Positions 28,504-40,431 of a stretch of DNA of 64,000 nucleotides are shown piece after piece; the first letter of the stretch is position 1; every line of letters starts with the position of its first letter. The position numbers and the translations under genes are program-made. Under the pieces are notes generated by a model. The model saw only the letters and a list, made by a program, of their open reading frames with translations. It was not told the origin of the DNA and made no database searches. The DNA lies in contig CAYWIW010000001.1 in the NCBI GenBank assembly GCA_964458425.1, positions 94,275 through 158,274 on the forward strand, read 5' to 3'. This DNA comes from an uncultured Muribaculaceae bacterium (GTDB lineage Bacteria; Bacteroidota; Bacteroidia; Bacteroidales; UBA932).

Positions 28504-31500
28504 ATGTCAAAAAAGACTAATTATAAGCGAATAATGTTCGCTACTTCTAAGATTCTGGAATATCCTGACCTGCTGGAAGTTCAGTTGAAATCGTTCAAGG
28601 ATTTCTTCCAGCTGGAGACAACACCGGAAAACAGGAAGAACGAAGGTCTCTTCCAGGTGTTCCAGGAGATATTCCCGATCGAGGACACGAGGAACAACTA
28701 CAAGTTGGAATTCATCGACTATTTCATCGATCCACCTCAGTATTCGATTGACGAATGTCTTGAGAGAGGCCTTACATACAACGTTCCTCTGAAGGCAAAA
28801 CTCCGCCTTTCGTGCACAGATCCCGAGCACGAGGACTTCGACACAAGAGTCCAGGATGTGTACCTCGGCAACATTCCGTATATGACACCGGCCGGCACAT
28901 TCGTAATAAACGGGTCAGAAAGAATCATAGTGTCCCAGCTGCACCGTTCTCCAGGCGTATTCTTCGACCAGAGTATGCACGCGAACGGAACAAAGCTCTA
29001 TTCAGCCAGAATCATCCCTTTCAAGGGTTCCTGGATTGAATTCGCCACGGACATCAACAACGTGATGTACGCCTACATCGACCGTAAGAAGAAGCTGCCT
29101 GTCACGACACTTCTCAGAGCGATAGGCTTCAACTCAGACAAAGACATCATCGACATATTCGGTCTCGCCGACGAAGTGGAGGTCAACGAAACGAACCTTG
29201 AAGAAAACAAAGGCAGGAAACTCGCCGCCAAGGTTCTCAAGACCTGGACGGAAGACTTTGAGGATGAAGACACTGGCGAGGTCATACCTATCGAAAGGAC
29301 CATACCTATCGTTGAACGAGGCGAGATCCTCGATGACGATACAATCGCCAAAATCAAGGATACGGACGTCAAGTCAATCCTTCTCCAGAAGGACGAGACG
29401 AACTCCAATGAGTATGTCATCATATTCAATACCCTCCAGAAGGATCCTACCAACACCGAAATTGAGGCTGTCAATTTCATCTACAAACAGTTGCGTAATT
29501 CAGAACCACCTGATGAGGCAACCGCGAGGGATGTAATCGACAAGCTCTTCTTCTCTGAGAAGAGGTACGACCTCGGCAACGTCGGCAGGTTCAGACTGAA
29601 CAAGAAGCTTGGCCTTACCACCGACCCGGAGATCAGGGTACTTACAAACACCGACATCATCGAGATCATCAAGTACCTGATCCAGCTGATAAACTCAAAG
29701 GCTACTGTCGATGACATCGACCACTTGAGCAACAGACGCGTGCGCACAGTAGGCGAACAGCTCGCCAACCAGTTCAGCGTGGGTCTTTCCAGAATGGCGA
29801 GAACCATCCGAGAAAGGATGAACGTACGTGATAGCGAGCAGTTCAACCCGATCGACCTGATCAACGCGAAGACCCTGTCATCCGTGATCAACTCGTTCTT
29901 CGGAACAAGCCAGTTGTCCCAGTTTATGGACCAGACCAACCCGCTTGCCGAAATCACGCACAAGCGCCGTCTGTCCGCCCTCGGTCCCGGAGGTCTTTCA
30001 AGAGACAGGGCTGGATTCGAGGTCAGGGACGTGCACTACACCCACTACGGAAGACTCTGCCCTATCGAGTCACCTGAAGGCCCGAACATCGGACTTATCT
30101 CGTCCCTTTGCGTCTATGCGAGAATCAACCAGCTTGGTTTCATCGAGACTCCGTACCGCGAGGTACACGACGGAAAGGTGGATCTGACCGAGAAGGGCTG
30201 GCACTATATGACCGCAGAGGAGGAGGAGAACAAGCTCGTCTCACTCGCGAAAGTCAAGATGGACGACGACGGCACAATCGAGGAAGACAGAATACAGTGC
30301 CGCCTCGAGGCTGACTTCCCTGTCGTTTCAAAGGAGCAGGTTGACTATATGGACGTGGCTCCGAACCAGATGGCCTCGGTGGCAGCGTCCCTTATCCCGT
30401 TCCTTGAGCACGACGACGCCCACCGTGCCTTGATGGGTGCGAATATGATGCGTCAGGCAGTTCCGCTCCTCCGTCCTGAATCCCCTATCGTGGGAACCGG
30501 ACTTGAGGAAAGGGTTTGTCTTGACTCAAGGACACAGTACGTCGCCGAACGCGAGGGCGAGGTGACCTACGTGGACGCCAAGGAGATCAGAATCAAGTAC
30601 AACAGGACGGATGACGAGAAATTCGTGTCATTCGCTCCTGAAGAGACCGTATACACACTTCCTATATATAGAAGGACCAACCAGAGCACTACCGTGACCC
30701 TGAAGCCGATTGTCCGCAAAGGCGAGAAGGTTGTCGGCGGCCAGGTTCTTACAGAAGGCTACTCGACCCAGAAGGGCGAGCTGGCTCTCGGACGTAACCT
30801 CAAGGTGGCGTTTATGCCTTGGAAAGGCTACAACTACGAGGATGCCATCGTGCTCTCCGAGGAGATGGTAAAGTGGGACATCCTCACATCCGTGCACGTG
30901 GACGAGTATCTGACTGAGGTCAGGGAGACCAAGCGCGGTATGGAAGAGCTGACATCGGACATCCCTAACGTCAGCGAGGACGCCACGAAGGATCTCGACA
31001 GGCAAGGTATCATCAGAATAGGCGCGCACATCGAGCCGGGTGACATTATGATCGGTAAGATCACGCCTAAGGGAGAAAGCGATCCGTCACCTGAGGAGAA
31101 GCTTCTGAAGGCCATCTTCGGCGACAAGGCCGGCGACGTTAAGGACGCGTCTCTTAAGGCCAATCCTTCACTTAGCGGAACTGTCATCAAGACAGCCGTT
31201 TATGCGAAGGCTGCAAAGGAAGGCAACAGAAAAACGGCCAAGGTTGACCAGAAAGCCCGTCTTGACCTTATTCAGGACGAATTCGACAAGAGAGCGGCCA
31301 AGCTGTACGCGGACTTCTTCAAGAGACTCACTGTCCTGACAAAGGGCAAGAAGAGCGCCGGTGTGAACGACCTCTACGACGTGGAGATTATCGCCAAAGG
31401 GAAGGAAATCACTGTCGAGAAGCTCAAGACCATTGATTTCCAGAACATCAACTCCAGCAAATGGACAACTGACGACAACACCAACCATCTCATCCAGGAG

Positions 31501-32322
31501 CTTATCAACAACTACTGCCTCACCTATAAGGTGGCCGAGGCGGAGTGCAAGAGGCAGATGGACAAAATCAAGGTGGGTGACGAACTCCCTAACGGAGTTA
31601 TGCAGCTCGCCAAGGTTTACATCGCCAAGAAGAGAAAGATCACGGTGGGTGACAAGATGGCCGGACGACACGGAAACAAAGGTATCGTCGCGAAGATCGT
31701 CCGTCAGGAGGATATGCCGTTCCTTGAGGACGGAACATCTGTCGACATCGTCCTCAACCCTCTGGGTGTACCTTCCCGAATGAATCTCGGCCAGATTTAC
31801 GAGACTGTTCTCGGCTGGGCCGGAAAGAAACTCGGACTGAAGTTCAGCACACCTATCTTCGACGGAGCCACCATCGACGAGATCTGCGACTACACGGACA
31901 AGGCCGGTGTCCCTAAATATGGAAAGACCCGCCTGCGCGACGGTGGAACAGGAGACTGGTTCGACCAGCCGGCGACAGTGGGTGTGATCTATATGATCAA
32001 GCTGGGACATATGGTTGACGACAAGATGCACGCCCGTTCAATCGGACCGTACTCACTCATCACCCAGCAGCCGCTCGGCGGTAAGGCACAGTTCGGAGGC
32101 CAGAGATTCGGAGAGATGGAGGTTTGGGCCCTCGAGGCATTCGGAGCGGCCAACGCCCTTCAGGAAATCCTCACCGTCAAATCCGACGACGTGACCGGAC
32201 GTTCCAAGACTTACGAGGCGATTGTCAAGGGAGACCCTATGCCGTCACCTGGCATTCCGGAATCACTGAACGTCCTGCTTCACGAACTCAGGGGACTTGG
32301 TCTCAAGGTTACTTTGGATTAA
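28504..32322 (+). CDS. rpoB: DNA-directed RNA polymerase subunit beta
   Basis: SQLHRSPG; [37 protein letters not shown] (wild-type-like); [12 protein letters not shown]; GGQRFGEME. Confidence 0.99.
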   Translation: MSKKTNYKRIMFATSKILEYPDLLEVQLKSFKDFFQLETTPENRKNEGLFQVFQEIFPIEDTRNNYKLEFIDYFIDPPQYSIDECLERGLTYNVPLKAKLRLSCTDPEHEDFDTRVQDVYLGNIPYMTPAGTFVINGSERIIVSQLHRSPGVFFDQSMHANGTKLYSARIIPFKGSWIEFATDINNVMYAYIDRKKKLPVTTLLRAIGFNSDKDIIDIFGLADEVEVNETNLEENKGRKLAAKVLKTWTEDFEDEDTGEVIPIERTIPIVERGEILDDDTIAKIKDTDVKSILLQKDETNSNEYVIIFNTLQKDPTNTEIEAVNFIYKQLRNSEPPDEATARDVIDKLFFSEKRYDLGNVGRFRLNKKLGLTTDPEIRVLTNTDIIEIIKYLIQLINSKATVDDIDHLSNRRVRTVGEQLANQFSVGLSRMARTIRERMNVRDSEQFNPIDLINAKTLSSVINSFFGTSQLSQFMDQTNPLAEITHKRRLSALGPGGLSRDRAGFEVRDVHYTHYGRLCPIESPEGPNIGLISSLCVYARINQLGFIETPYREVHDGKVDLTEKGWHYMTAEEEENKLVSLAKVKMDDDGTIEEDRIQCRLEADFPVVSKEQVDYMDVAPNQMASVAASLIPFLEHDDAHRALMGANMMRQAVPLLRPESPIVGTGLEERVCLDSRTQYVAEREGEVTYVDAKEIRIKYNRTDDEKFVSFAPEETVYTLPIYRRTNQSTTVTLKPIVRKGEKVVGGQVLTEGYSTQKGELALGRNLKVAFMPWKGYNYEDAIVLSEEMVKWDILTSVHVDEYLTEVRETKRGMEELTSDIPNVSEDATKDLDRQGIIRIGAHIEPGDIMIGKITPKGESDPSPEEKLLKAIFGDKAGDVKDASLKANPSLSGTVIKTAVYAKAAKEGNRKTAKVDQKARLDLIQDEFDKRAAKLYADFFKRLTVLTKGKKSAGVNDLYDVEIIAKGKEITVEKLKTIDFQNINSSKWTTDDNTNHLIQELINNYCLTYKVAEAECKRQMDKIKVGDELPNGVMQLAKVYIAKKRKITVGDKMAGRHGNKGIVAKIVRQEDMPFLEDGTSVDIVLNPLGVPSRMNLGQIYETVLGWAGKKLGLKFSTPIFDGATIDEICDYTDKAGVPKYGKTRLRDGGTGDWFDQPATVGVIYMIKLGHMVDDKMHARSIGPYSLITQQPLGGKAQFGGQRFGEMEVWALEAFGAANALQEILTVKSDDVTGRSKTYEAIVKGDPMPSPGIPESLNVLLHELRGLGLKVTLD

Positions 32323-32349
32323 TTTTCAAGAATATTGACATTCAAGAAT

Positions 32350-35300
32350 ATGCCTACTTTCAATAATAAGGAAAACAAGGTAAAGAGCAACTTCTCTAAA
32401 ATCAGCATCTCGCTGGCCTCTCCGGAGGACATCTCGGCGAGATCCTGCGGAGAGGTCCTCAAGCCGGAGACGGTGAACTACAGGACCTACAAACCGGAAA
32501 GAGACGGACTCTTCTGCGAAAAGATATTCGGACCGACAAAGGATTACGAGTGCTATTGCGGAAAATACAAGAGAATCCGCTACCGTGGAATCGTCTGCGA
32601 CAGATGCGGCGTGGAGGTGACGGAGAAGAAAGTCCGCAGGGAAAGGATGGGACATATCGCCCTTACAGTTCCCGTGGCCCACATCTGGTACTTCAAGTCA
32701 GCTCCCAACAAGATTTCGGCTCTTCTCGGACTTCCTGCCAAAAAGCTTGAGTCTGTCATCTACTATGAGAAATACATAGTAGTGAACCCTGGCGACAGCG
32801 GACTTGAGAAAATGGATCTTCTCTCCGAGGACGAGTACCTCGATGTACTGGCCAGACTTCCTGAGAATGACGAGCTTACGTTCGACGACCCAAGGAAGTT
32901 CGTAGCCAAGATGGGTGCCGAGGGCATCTACGAGCTTCTCAAAGAGACAGACATTGAAGGCCTGTCAAAGGAGCTGCGCATCAAGATGCTGAACGAGACT
33001 TCACAGCAGAGAAAGGCCGAGCATCTCAAGAGACTCGGTGTCGTGAAATGGTTTATGGAGTCAAGGAACATCAACCGTCCTGAATGGATGATTATGAAGG
33101 TGATTCCTGTGATTCCGCCGGATCTTCGCCCGCTTGTTCCACTCGATGGAGGACGCTTCGCCACAACAGACCTCAACGACCTGTACAGAAGGGTCATCAT
33201 CAGGAACAACCGACTCAAGAAACTCATTGAGATAAAGGCTCCGGAGGTCATCCTCAGAAACGAGAAGCGTATGCTTCAGGAGGCGGTAGACTCGCTATTC
33301 GACAACTCCAAGAAGTCAAGCGCCGTGAAGAGCGAATCCAACAGGGCGCTCAAGTCACTGTCAGACTCTCTCAAGGGAAAGCAGGGACGTTTCCGTCAGA
33401 ACCTCCTCGGAAAGCGTGTGGACTATTCCGCCCGTTCGGTAATCGTCGTGGGTCCTGAACTGAATATGCACGAGTGCGGTCTGCCTAAGTTTATGGCTGC
33501 CGAGCTTTACAAACCGTTCATCATCCGCAAACTCATAGAAAGAGGAATCGTCAAGACCGTAAAGTCGGCCAAGAAGATTGTGGACAGAAAGGATCCTGTC
33601 ATCTGGGACATTCTTGAGAATGTGATGAAAGGACACCCGGTTCTTCTTAACCGTGCCCCTACCCTCCACAGACTTGGTATTCAGGCTTTCCAGCCAAGAA
33701 TGATAGAAGGAAAAGCCATCCAGCTTCATCCGCTCGCCTGTACGGCCTTCAACGCCGACTTCGACGGTGACCAGATGGCCGTCCACCTTCCTCTCGGCAA
33801 CGCCGCCGTGATGGAGGCCCAGCTCCTGATGCTCGGTTCCCAGAATATTCTCAACCCTGCGAACGGAACACCTATCACTGTGCCTTCACAGGATATGGTC
33901 CTCGGTCTTTACTACATCACCAAGGTAAGGCCGGGCGCGAAAGGCGAGGGAATGAACTTCTACGGGCCTGAGGAAGTCATCGTTGCCTACAACGAGAAGG
34001 CAATCGATATGCACGCCGAAATCGGTGTAAGGCTTCCTGTGGACAAGCAGGATCTCAGCAAGGGCTACGAAATCAAGAAGACGACCGCCGGACGTATCAT
34101 CGTGAACCAGTTCGTTCCGGATGAGGTGCCTTACATCAACGTGATTCTCGGAAAGAAAGCCTTGAGGAAGATCATCACCGAGGTCATCAAGTGCACAGGC
34201 GTCACAAGAACAGCCCAGTTCCTTGACGACATCAAGAACCTTGGTTACGACCAGGCGTTCAGGGCCGGTATCTCGTTCAACCTTGGAGATGTAATCATCC
34301 CTAAGGAGAAAGCGAACCTTATCGAGCAGGGCTACAAGCAGGTGGAGGAAGTCAAGAGCAACTACGCTATGGGCTTCATCACCAACAACGAACGCTACAA
34401 CAAGGTGATTGACCTCTGGTCATCCATCGACAACAAGCTTACCGACATCGTCGAGAAGCAGATTTCGGCGGACCAGCAGGGATTCAATCCTGTCTATATG
34501 ATGCTTGATTCCGGAGCCCGTGGTTCCACACAGCAGATCAAGCAGCTTTGCGGTATGCGAGGACTTATGGCCAAGCCTCAGAAGTCCGGAGCCGCCGGAG
34601 CCGAGATTATCGAGAACCCTATCATCTCCAACCTTAAGGAGGGTATGACGGTGCTCGAGTACTTCATCTCCACTCACGGTGCCCGTAAGGGTCTTGCCGA
34701 CACCGCCCTCAAGACCGCCGACGCCGGTTACCTTACCCGTCGTCTTGTGGATGTGTCACACGACGTGATCATCACGGAAGAGGACTGCGGCACACTCAGG
34801 GGACTTATCGCCACCGCCATCAAGAACAAGGACGAGATTGTCGAGTCCCTTGGAGAAAGAATCCTCGGACGTACTTCTGTCCACGACATATTCAATCCTC
34901 TCACCGGTGAGCTGATCATCAAGGCAGGAGAGGAAATCCGCGAGGCCACGGCCAACCTTATCGACCACCTTCCTATCGAGCAGGTCGAGATCCGTTCAGT
35001 ACTCACCTGCGAGTCCCGCAAGGGTGTCTGCGCCAAGTGCTACGGACGTAACCTTGCGACCAGCAGAATGGTCGAGAAGGGTGAGGTTGTAGGTGTGATC
35101 GCAGCGCAGTCCATCGGAGAGCCGGGAACCCAGCTTACGCTTCGTACCTTCCACGTCGGCGGTACAGCGTCCAGCACGGCCGCCGACTCTTCCATCGAGT
35201 CAAAATACGATGGTAAACTTGTCTTCGAGGAACTCAGGACCATCCAGAAAATCGATGAGGACGGCAATGCGCAGGATATCGTCGTCAGCCGTATGACCGA

Positions 35301-36600
35301 GGTCAGCATCATTGACGAGAACACAGGCATCACCTACTCACATTACGATGTGCCTTACGGCTCTAAACTGTACTTCAAGGACGGAGACACCATCAAGAAG
35401 GGCGACCTGCTCTGCGAATGGGATCCTTACAATGCCATAACGATAGTCGAGACTTCCGGTAAGATTCAGTTCGACAACCTGTTCGAGGGTGTCAACTACC
35501 GCGAGGAAGCCGCCGACGAGTTCGCGCTCAACAAGGACAAGGTCATCATCGAATCCAGAGACAAGACCAAGAACCCGTCCATCCTTATTCTTGACGACGA
35601 GGGTAACCAGATCAGGCAGTACAACCTTCCTGTCGGCGCCCACCTTATCGCCAACAACGGCGAGAAGGTCAATGTCGGCGATGTGATCATCAAGATTCCT
35701 CGCGCCATCGGCAAGTCAAGCGACATCACCGGTGGTCTTCCAAGAGTCACAGAGCTCTTCGAGGCAAGAACCCCATCCGCTCCAGCCATACTTGCCGAGA
35801 TCAACGGTGAGGTTCTTATGGGCAAGATCAAGAGGGGTAACCGCGAGATTATCGTCAAGAACAAGGCCGGAATGGAGAAGCACTATCTGGTTCCGCTGAC
35901 AAAGCAGATCCTCGTTCAGGAGAACGACTACGTCAAGGCCGGCACAAGGCTTTCCGACGGCGGCATCTCCCCTACGGACATTCTCAACATCCTCGGACCT
36001 GTCAAGGCTCAGGACTACATCGTCAACGAGGTTCAGGCGGTTTACCGTCTGCAGGGCGTTAAGATTAACGATAAGCACTTTGAGATTATCGTCCGCCAGA
36101 TGATGCGCAAGGTTCAGATCACCAATCCTGGCGACACGGAATTCCTTCAGGAAGAGCTGGTTGACAAGTGGGATTTTATGGATGCCAACGACAACATATT
36201 CGGAAAGTATTTTGTCCTTGACGCAGGAGATTCCCAGAGGTATATCCAAGGCGACATCATCGATGCCCGCGATATGAGGAATGAGAACTCCTCTCTTGAA
36301 AGGCAGAACAGGAAGCTGATGGCAGTGCGTGAGGCAATGCCTGCCACCGCGAAGCTCGTGCTTCAGGGTATCACCAGAGCGGCTCTCAGAACCAACAGCT
36401 TCATCTCCGCCGCATCCTTCCAGGAGACCACAAAGGTGCTCAGCGAGGCCGCCATCAGAGCGCGTGTCGATCACCTCGAGGGTCTTAAGGAGAACGTCAT
36501 CTGCGGTCATCTCATTCCGGCCGGAACTGGCCAGAAAGAGTTCCAGGACATCCTGGTAGGTCGCAAAGACGAGTACGAACAGGAAATGAACGAACTTTAA
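32350..36600 (+). CDS. rpoC: DNA-directed RNA polymerase subunit beta-prime
   Basis: Zn-finger CYCGKY..CDRC, catalytic [37 protein letters not shown] at 32350. Confidence 0.99.
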   Translation: MPTFNNKENKVKSNFSKISISLASPEDISARSCGEVLKPETVNYRTYKPERDGLFCEKIFGPTKDYECYCGKYKRIRYRGIVCDRCGVEVTEKKVRRERMGHIALTVPVAHIWYFKSAPNKISALLGLPAKKLESVIYYEKYIVVNPGDSGLEKMDLLSEDEYLDVLARLPENDELTFDDPRKFVAKMGAEGIYELLKETDIEGLSKELRIKMLNETSQQRKAEHLKRLGVVKWFMESRNINRPEWMIMKVIPVIPPDLRPLVPLDGGRFATTDLNDLYRRVIIRNNRLKKLIEIKAPEVILRNEKRMLQEAVDSLFDNSKKSSAVKSESNRALKSLSDSLKGKQGRFRQNLLGKRVDYSARSVIVVGPELNMHECGLPKFMAAELYKPFIIRKLIERGIVKTVKSAKKIVDRKDPVIWDILENVMKGHPVLLNRAPTLHRLGIQAFQPRMIEGKAIQLHPLACTAFNADFDGDQMAVHLPLGNAAVMEAQLLMLGSQNILNPANGTPITVPSQDMVLGLYYITKVRPGAKGEGMNFYGPEEVIVAYNEKAIDMHAEIGVRLPVDKQDLSKGYEIKKTTAGRIIVNQFVPDEVPYINVILGKKALRKIITEVIKCTGVTRTAQFLDDIKNLGYDQAFRAGISFNLGDVIIPKEKANLIEQGYKQVEEVKSNYAMGFITNNERYNKVIDLWSSIDNKLTDIVEKQISADQQGFNPVYMMLDSGARGSTQQIKQLCGMRGLMAKPQKSGAAGAEIIENPIISNLKEGMTVLEYFISTHGARKGLADTALKTADAGYLTRRLVDVSHDVIITEEDCGTLRGLIATAIKNKDEIVESLGERILGRTSVHDIFNPLTGELIIKAGEEIREATANLIDHLPIEQVEIRSVLTCESRKGVCAKCYGRNLATSRMVEKGEVVGVIAAQSIGEPGTQLTLRTFHVGGTASSTAADSSIESKYDGKLVFEELRTIQKIDEDGNAQDIVVSRMTEVSIIDENTGITYSHYDVPYGSKLYFKDGDTIKKGDLLCEWDPYNAITIVETSGKIQFDNLFEGVNYREEAADEFALNKDKVIIESRDKTKNPSILILDDEGNQIRQYNLPVGAHLIANNGEKVNVGDVIIKIPRAIGKSSDITGGLPRVTELFEARTPSAPAILAEINGEVLMGKIKRGNREIIVKNKAGMEKHYLVPLTKQILVQENDYVKAGTRLSDGGISPTDILNILGPVKAQDYIVNEVQAVYRLQGVKINDKHFEIIVRQMMRKVQITNPGDTEFLQEELVDKWDFMDANDNIFGKYFVLDAGDSQRYIQGDIIDARDMRNENSSLERQNRKLMAVREAMPATAKLVLQGITRAALRTNSFISAASFQETTKVLSEAAIRARVDHLEGLKENVICGHLIPAGTGQKEFQDILVGRKDEYEQEMNEL

Positions 36601-36619
36601 GGTTCTTCATTAATATTCA

Positions 36620-36665
36620 GAGAGGGTGTGACTAAAATCCCGTTTTAGTCACACCCTCTCTTTTT
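36620..36665 (+). terminator. Strong intrinsic terminator after rpoC
   Basis: GAGAGGGTGTGACTAAAA-TCCCG-TTTTAGTCACACCCTCTC (18-bp perfect stem) followed by TTTTT. Confidence 0.92.
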
Positions 36666-36812
36666 AATCAACCCCCAGTCACTTGCGTGACAGCCCCCGG
36701 GGGCGCGGGAAAGGTTCTTCGGATCACGATTTACGGATATCCGGCGAGGTATAAGAAGCAGGATTAGCGGACAAGAGGGCAAAGCGGGGGCAAGAAGCTG
36801 TCAGAAGCCCCG

Positions 36813-38366
36813 CTATTTCCTCTCAAGGGTCTGGAGAAAGAATGACTTGCGAGGGGAATCGGAGGCGGAGATACGGCCTTTTAGACGCCACACACGGTTG
36901 TAGATGATGCTCTTCTCCTTGCCGAACAAGGCTGAGACAGTCGTGCTTGAAAAACCGGCGGCCACAAAACTGAACAGCAGGAAATCATCCTCTTTCCACG
37001 ACGGGAACGAAGAACGTAGAGCGGACATCACTCCGTCCATCGTCTGGTCAAGCATATTCTCAAGCTCCTTCTGGACCTTCCTGTCATTGCGAAGGCCATC
37101 GACTATCGATTTCACCTCCTTAAGAATCTTAGGCTGAAGATTGTCTGTGCCTTCGTAAACATAGTACTGCTCGCAAAGACGCTCCAGGACATTGAAGCGG
37201 TCCAGACCATACCTCGGACTCGAAAGACGGGACTTAAGGTCTTCTGCCATATTCATATACCTCTCCGTCTCGGCCTTCTCCGCCTCCAATCTCCTGCGGG
37301 ACTCAGCTTTCTGGATGAAATAGATGACCGCGACTGCGGCCAATGCCAGCAAAGAGGAAAGCGCCAATACCCAGATCTTAAGACGGGAAGCCCTGAGCCT
37401 CTCGGCATCCGCGGAAGCCTTTCCCTGAATATAATCACGCTGGCTAGCGGACACCGCCCCGGAAAGAGCGGCTGACTGGCTTCTGTCGGCATAGTCCAGA
37501 ACTTTCTCCAAAGCGGCAAGAGCCCGCCCTTTGTCACCGGTGCGGGAAGCAATCTGATACTCCCTGAAGTTGACGTCGGCTGTTTCGGCCTCTGTCTCGG
37601 CGGAAGATGCGGCGGCTGAAAGCCATTCCCTAGACTCCGCCGGAAGACCGGCAATGGAACAGGCATAAGCCAGGATACCCTTGTCCGCACAGGTCAGCGG
37701 ATAACCAAGTTCATCGGCGGCACGCCCCAAAAGGTCTATCGCCAAAGCCGCATCCAGCGTGTCCTTGCTCACCGCCAAGGCCGCATACGACTCAAGGCAA
37801 CGAACCTCCAGAAGTGTGTCCCTCAACTCGTGAGCGTCATACAGGACACTTTTGAATATGTCCTCCGCAGGCCCGTACTTTCCAAGCCCCGACTCGGCCT
37901 GTCCGATTTCCAAGAGTGCCTGCTGGGATTCCCGCTGATAACCAGCCACTTTGAAGGCCTCTGCCGAACGGGCGAGATACATCATCTCGTCTGCCGGATT
38001 GCCGGAAGCATTGCAGATGTGGGCAAGGTCATAACAGATTCTGGCCACACGAAGAGTGTCTGCGGCCTCGGCGGAATGGTCAAGAGCCTTGGTGTAGGAA
38101 ACGATGGCCGCCGACAAGTCCCCGTCATTGAACTGGTTACGTCCAAGACAATAAAGCGCCCTGCCCTTCTGGCTGTCATCCCCCCGCCTGACGAACCAGT
38201 CCGCCATTTTAGCCACATCATCGGTGGCCAAGGTGTTGACATATCCAAGCTCCTGCTCCACATTGTCCAAAACCACATCCATCTGTTTGAACAGACCCGT
38301 GTCGCACGAGGAAAAAGCCGCAAGAAACGGCAAAAGCAAGAAAAACAAGCCGGTTGGTCTCATCAT
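36813..38366 (-). CDS. TPR-repeat membrane protein with C-terminal HTH-like domain (one-component regulator-like)
   Basis: Lipobox-like AFSSC; TPR helices (RALYCLG, AAIVSYTKALD); TM IWVLALSSLLALAAVAVIYFI; C-terminal FSSTTVSALFGKEKSIIYNRVWRLK. Confidence 0.7.
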   Translation of the reverse strand: MMRPTGLFFLLLPFLAAFSSCDTGLFKQMDVVLDNVEQELGYVNTLATDDVAKMADWFVRRGDDSQKGRALYCLGRNQFNDGDLSAAIVSYTKALDHSAEAADTLRVARICYDLAHICNASGNPADEMMYLARSAEAFKVAGYQRESQQALLEIGQAESGLGKYGPAEDIFKSVLYDAHELRDTLLEVRCLESYAALAVSKDTLDAALAIDLLGRAADELGYPLTCADKGILAYACSIAGLPAESREWLSAAASSAETEAETADVNFREYQIASRTGDKGRALAALEKVLDYADRSQSAALSGAVSASQRDYIQGKASADAERLRASRLKIWVLALSSLLALAAVAVIYFIQKAESRRRLEAEKAETERYMNMAEDLKSRLSSPRYGLDRFNVLERLCEQYYVYEGTDNLQPKILKEVKSIVDGLRNDRKVQKELENMLDQTMDGVMSALRSSFPSWKEDDFLLFSFVAAGFSSTTVSALFGKEKSIIYNRVWRLKGRISASDSPRKSFFLQTLERK

Positions 38367-38386
38367 CTGTCGATTGGGATTACTTA

Positions 38387-39400
38387 CTATTCGGCCTCGC
38401 TCCAGCCCTGGGCGAGAATCGGATGCTCAATGCCGTCAGGAGAGACGAGCACCGTACCGACCTCAGGCTGAGCAAGATGTCCGATGATATCAAAGGTCTG
38501 GAAGTCCCGGCGGAACTTCTCCGCGGAGAGAATCGGAATCGTGAACAGCAGCCTGAAATCATCGCCACCGTTCATCGCCGCCGAGATAGGATCTATGTTC
38601 AGCTCCTTTCCGAAAGCGAAGCTGTTGCCCTCGAACGGAATCTTGTCCGCATAGACCTTCACTCCAAGCCCCGAGTCGCGGGAAAGCCTCTTGACAGCGT
38701 CTGAGAGTCCGTTGACCACAAGATAGCCGTTGGAAGGATAAATCTGTGTCTCCTCAAGCCTTGAGACCACGGAATTGCCCAGCTCAGGCTTCAGATAGCT
38801 GCCTATCAGCATCTTGTATTTATCAAGCTGCGGCTGACGGCTGTCATCTTCGGTCTGATTGAAACCCTTCTTCTCCCTCTCGAGAATCTGCTGTCCGAGG
38901 AACGCCGCGCCAAGACTTCCTGAGACGCAGACAAGATCCTTGCTTCTGGCCTTGACGGTGCGCCCTTTTGTGAGCTTGAACTCCTCGCCCACAGCCGAAA
39001 CGCTTATGGTAAGCCCGTTCGGAGAAGGCGCCAGATCAAGATCCACGGAACCGAATCCGTGTTCCCTCGCCGCTACGGTCACTCCGCTCCAAAGCTCTTT
39101 CACGTGCCTGAAGTCCAGCTTCGCCGAGACCCCAAGTCGGACGGACAGCAGACGAGGATGCGACATCGCCGCATAGAGTTCTCCCGCCACAGCGACAACT
39201 GATTTATAGCCAAGATGTTTGAGCGGGAAATAGGTCAGATCGAAATCCACGCCTTCCACCAGGAGTCTCGATGCCGAGCAAAGCACGCTTCCGGCCTGAG
39301 GCTCAAAAGAAGACCTCTCCAGCCGCCTGAACCCGCTGCCGTCGAAAAGCAGATCCACCGCCTGCACCTTGCCATATTCGTTAAAAGTCTTTTCAGTCAT
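38387..39400 (-). CDS. thiL: Thiamine-monophosphate kinase (ThiL) homologue with degenerate active site
   Basis: LLVEGVDFDLTYFPLKHLGYKSVV, DLVCVSGSLGAAFLG, AMNGGDDFRLLFTIP, IIGH, LAQGW all match Bacteroidales ThiL; the metal-binding Asp motifs are absent. Start MTEKTF (39400). Confidence 0.85.
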   Translation of the reverse strand: MTEKTFNEYGKVQAVDLLFDGSGFRRLERSSFEPQAGSVLCSASRLLVEGVDFDLTYFPLKHLGYKSVVAVAGELYAAMSHPRLLSVRLGVSAKLDFRHVKELWSGVTVAAREHGFGSVDLDLAPSPNGLTISVSAVGEEFKLTKGRTVKARSKDLVCVSGSLGAAFLGQQILEREKKGFNQTEDDSRQPQLDKYKMLIGSYLKPELGNSVVSRLEETQIYPSNGYLVVNGLSDAVKRLSRDSGLGVKVYADKIPFEGNSFAFGKELNIDPISAAMNGGDDFRLLFTIPILSAEKFRRDFQTFDIIGHLAQPEVGTVLVSPDGIEHPILAQGWSEAE

Positions 39401-39424
39401 ATCGTTTTTCCATTTGATAATAGG

Positions 39425-39451
39425 CAAAATTAGCACAATTTGTTAAATTTG
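39425..39451. promoter_or_regulatory. Divergent -7 elements for thiL-like (minus) and EEP (plus)
   Basis: TAATTTTG on minus (39425-39432); TAAATTTG on plus (39444-39451). Confidence 0.6.
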
Positions 39452-39497
39452 TAGTCCACATACTGTCTTATGAATATAATATTTAAGAGATAACGCG

Positions 39498-40343
39498 ATG
39501 AAAAGAGCATTTATAGTCCTGATGGCGGCGCTAATGGTTATGCCGTTCTGTCTGGCCGCAAACAATGGCAGACCTGCTGACATCACTGTGATTTCCTACA
39601 ACATCCGGGTAGGCACGGCCAAAGACGGCACCAATTCGTGGGAGTTCCGTTATCCGGCATCCGCGATGATGATAACAGACCAGAAGCCGGACATATTCGG
39701 TCTTCAGGAAGCGCTTGACTTCCAGTTCAAATACATTGAGGAATATTGCCGCGACTACAAAGGAGTCGGAGTCGGACGCGAGGACGGCAGGCACAAGGGC
39801 GAGCATATGGCCATCTTCTACAACAAGAAGACTGTCAAGTTGCTGAAATGGGGGACATTCTGGCTCTCAGAGACTCCGGAAAAGCCTTCGATGGGCTGGG
39901 ACGCGGCCTGCTTCCGTTCAGCCACCTGGGCTTTGATGAAGGACAAGGCCAGCGGCAAGAAGTTCTACTACGTCAACACGCACCTCGACCACGTCGGCTG
40001 GGAGGCACGCAAGAACGGTCTCAAGCTCATCGTGGACAGAATCAAGGACATCAATCCTGAAAACTACCCGATGATTCTGACGGGAGATTTCAATATGAGA
40101 ATCGACAGACCCGAGTTCGACGACCTGAAGAAGGCTATGCAGGACGCCCGCGAGACCGCGGTCAGGACAGACCACCACAACACATTCAACGACTGGGGCA
40201 AGGCATCATCCGACAACATCATAGACTACATCTGGTTCAAAGGCTTCAGCAGCTGCACCGAATACGAGACAATAACGAAAGAATATCTGAACAGGGCATA
40301 CATATCAGACCACTACCCTATCAAGGCCACTCTGATATTCTGA
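39498..40343 (+). CDS. Secreted endonuclease/exonuclease/phosphatase family protein
   Basis: Signal peptide; SYNIR, GLQEA, NTHLDH, TGDFN, IDYIW, SDHYPI. Confidence 0.92.
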   Translation: MKRAFIVLMAALMVMPFCLAANNGRPADITVISYNIRVGTAKDGTNSWEFRYPASAMMITDQKPDIFGLQEALDFQFKYIEEYCRDYKGVGVGREDGRHKGEHMAIFYNKKTVKLLKWGTFWLSETPEKPSMGWDAACFRSATWALMKDKASGKKFYYVNTHLDHVGWEARKNGLKLIVDRIKDINPENYPMILTGDFNMRIDRPEFDDLKKAMQDARETAVRTDHHNTFNDWGKASSDNIIDYIWFKGFSSCTEYETITKEYLNRAYISDHYPIKATLIF

Positions 40344-40431
40344 TCCAGCGGACGGAAAACCGCCCGCCGCCGGGCTGAGAACCCGACAACAGCGGGACAA
40401 ACCCTTATGACGATAACCCAAAGACAATTTA

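Noticed and set aside
29890-30000. rpoB rifampicin-resistance region
   Set aside because: Key residues (Q, D, H, R, S) look wild type.
36693-36704. GCCCCCGGGGGC palindrome
   Set aside because: Single short palindrome with no second copy or context.
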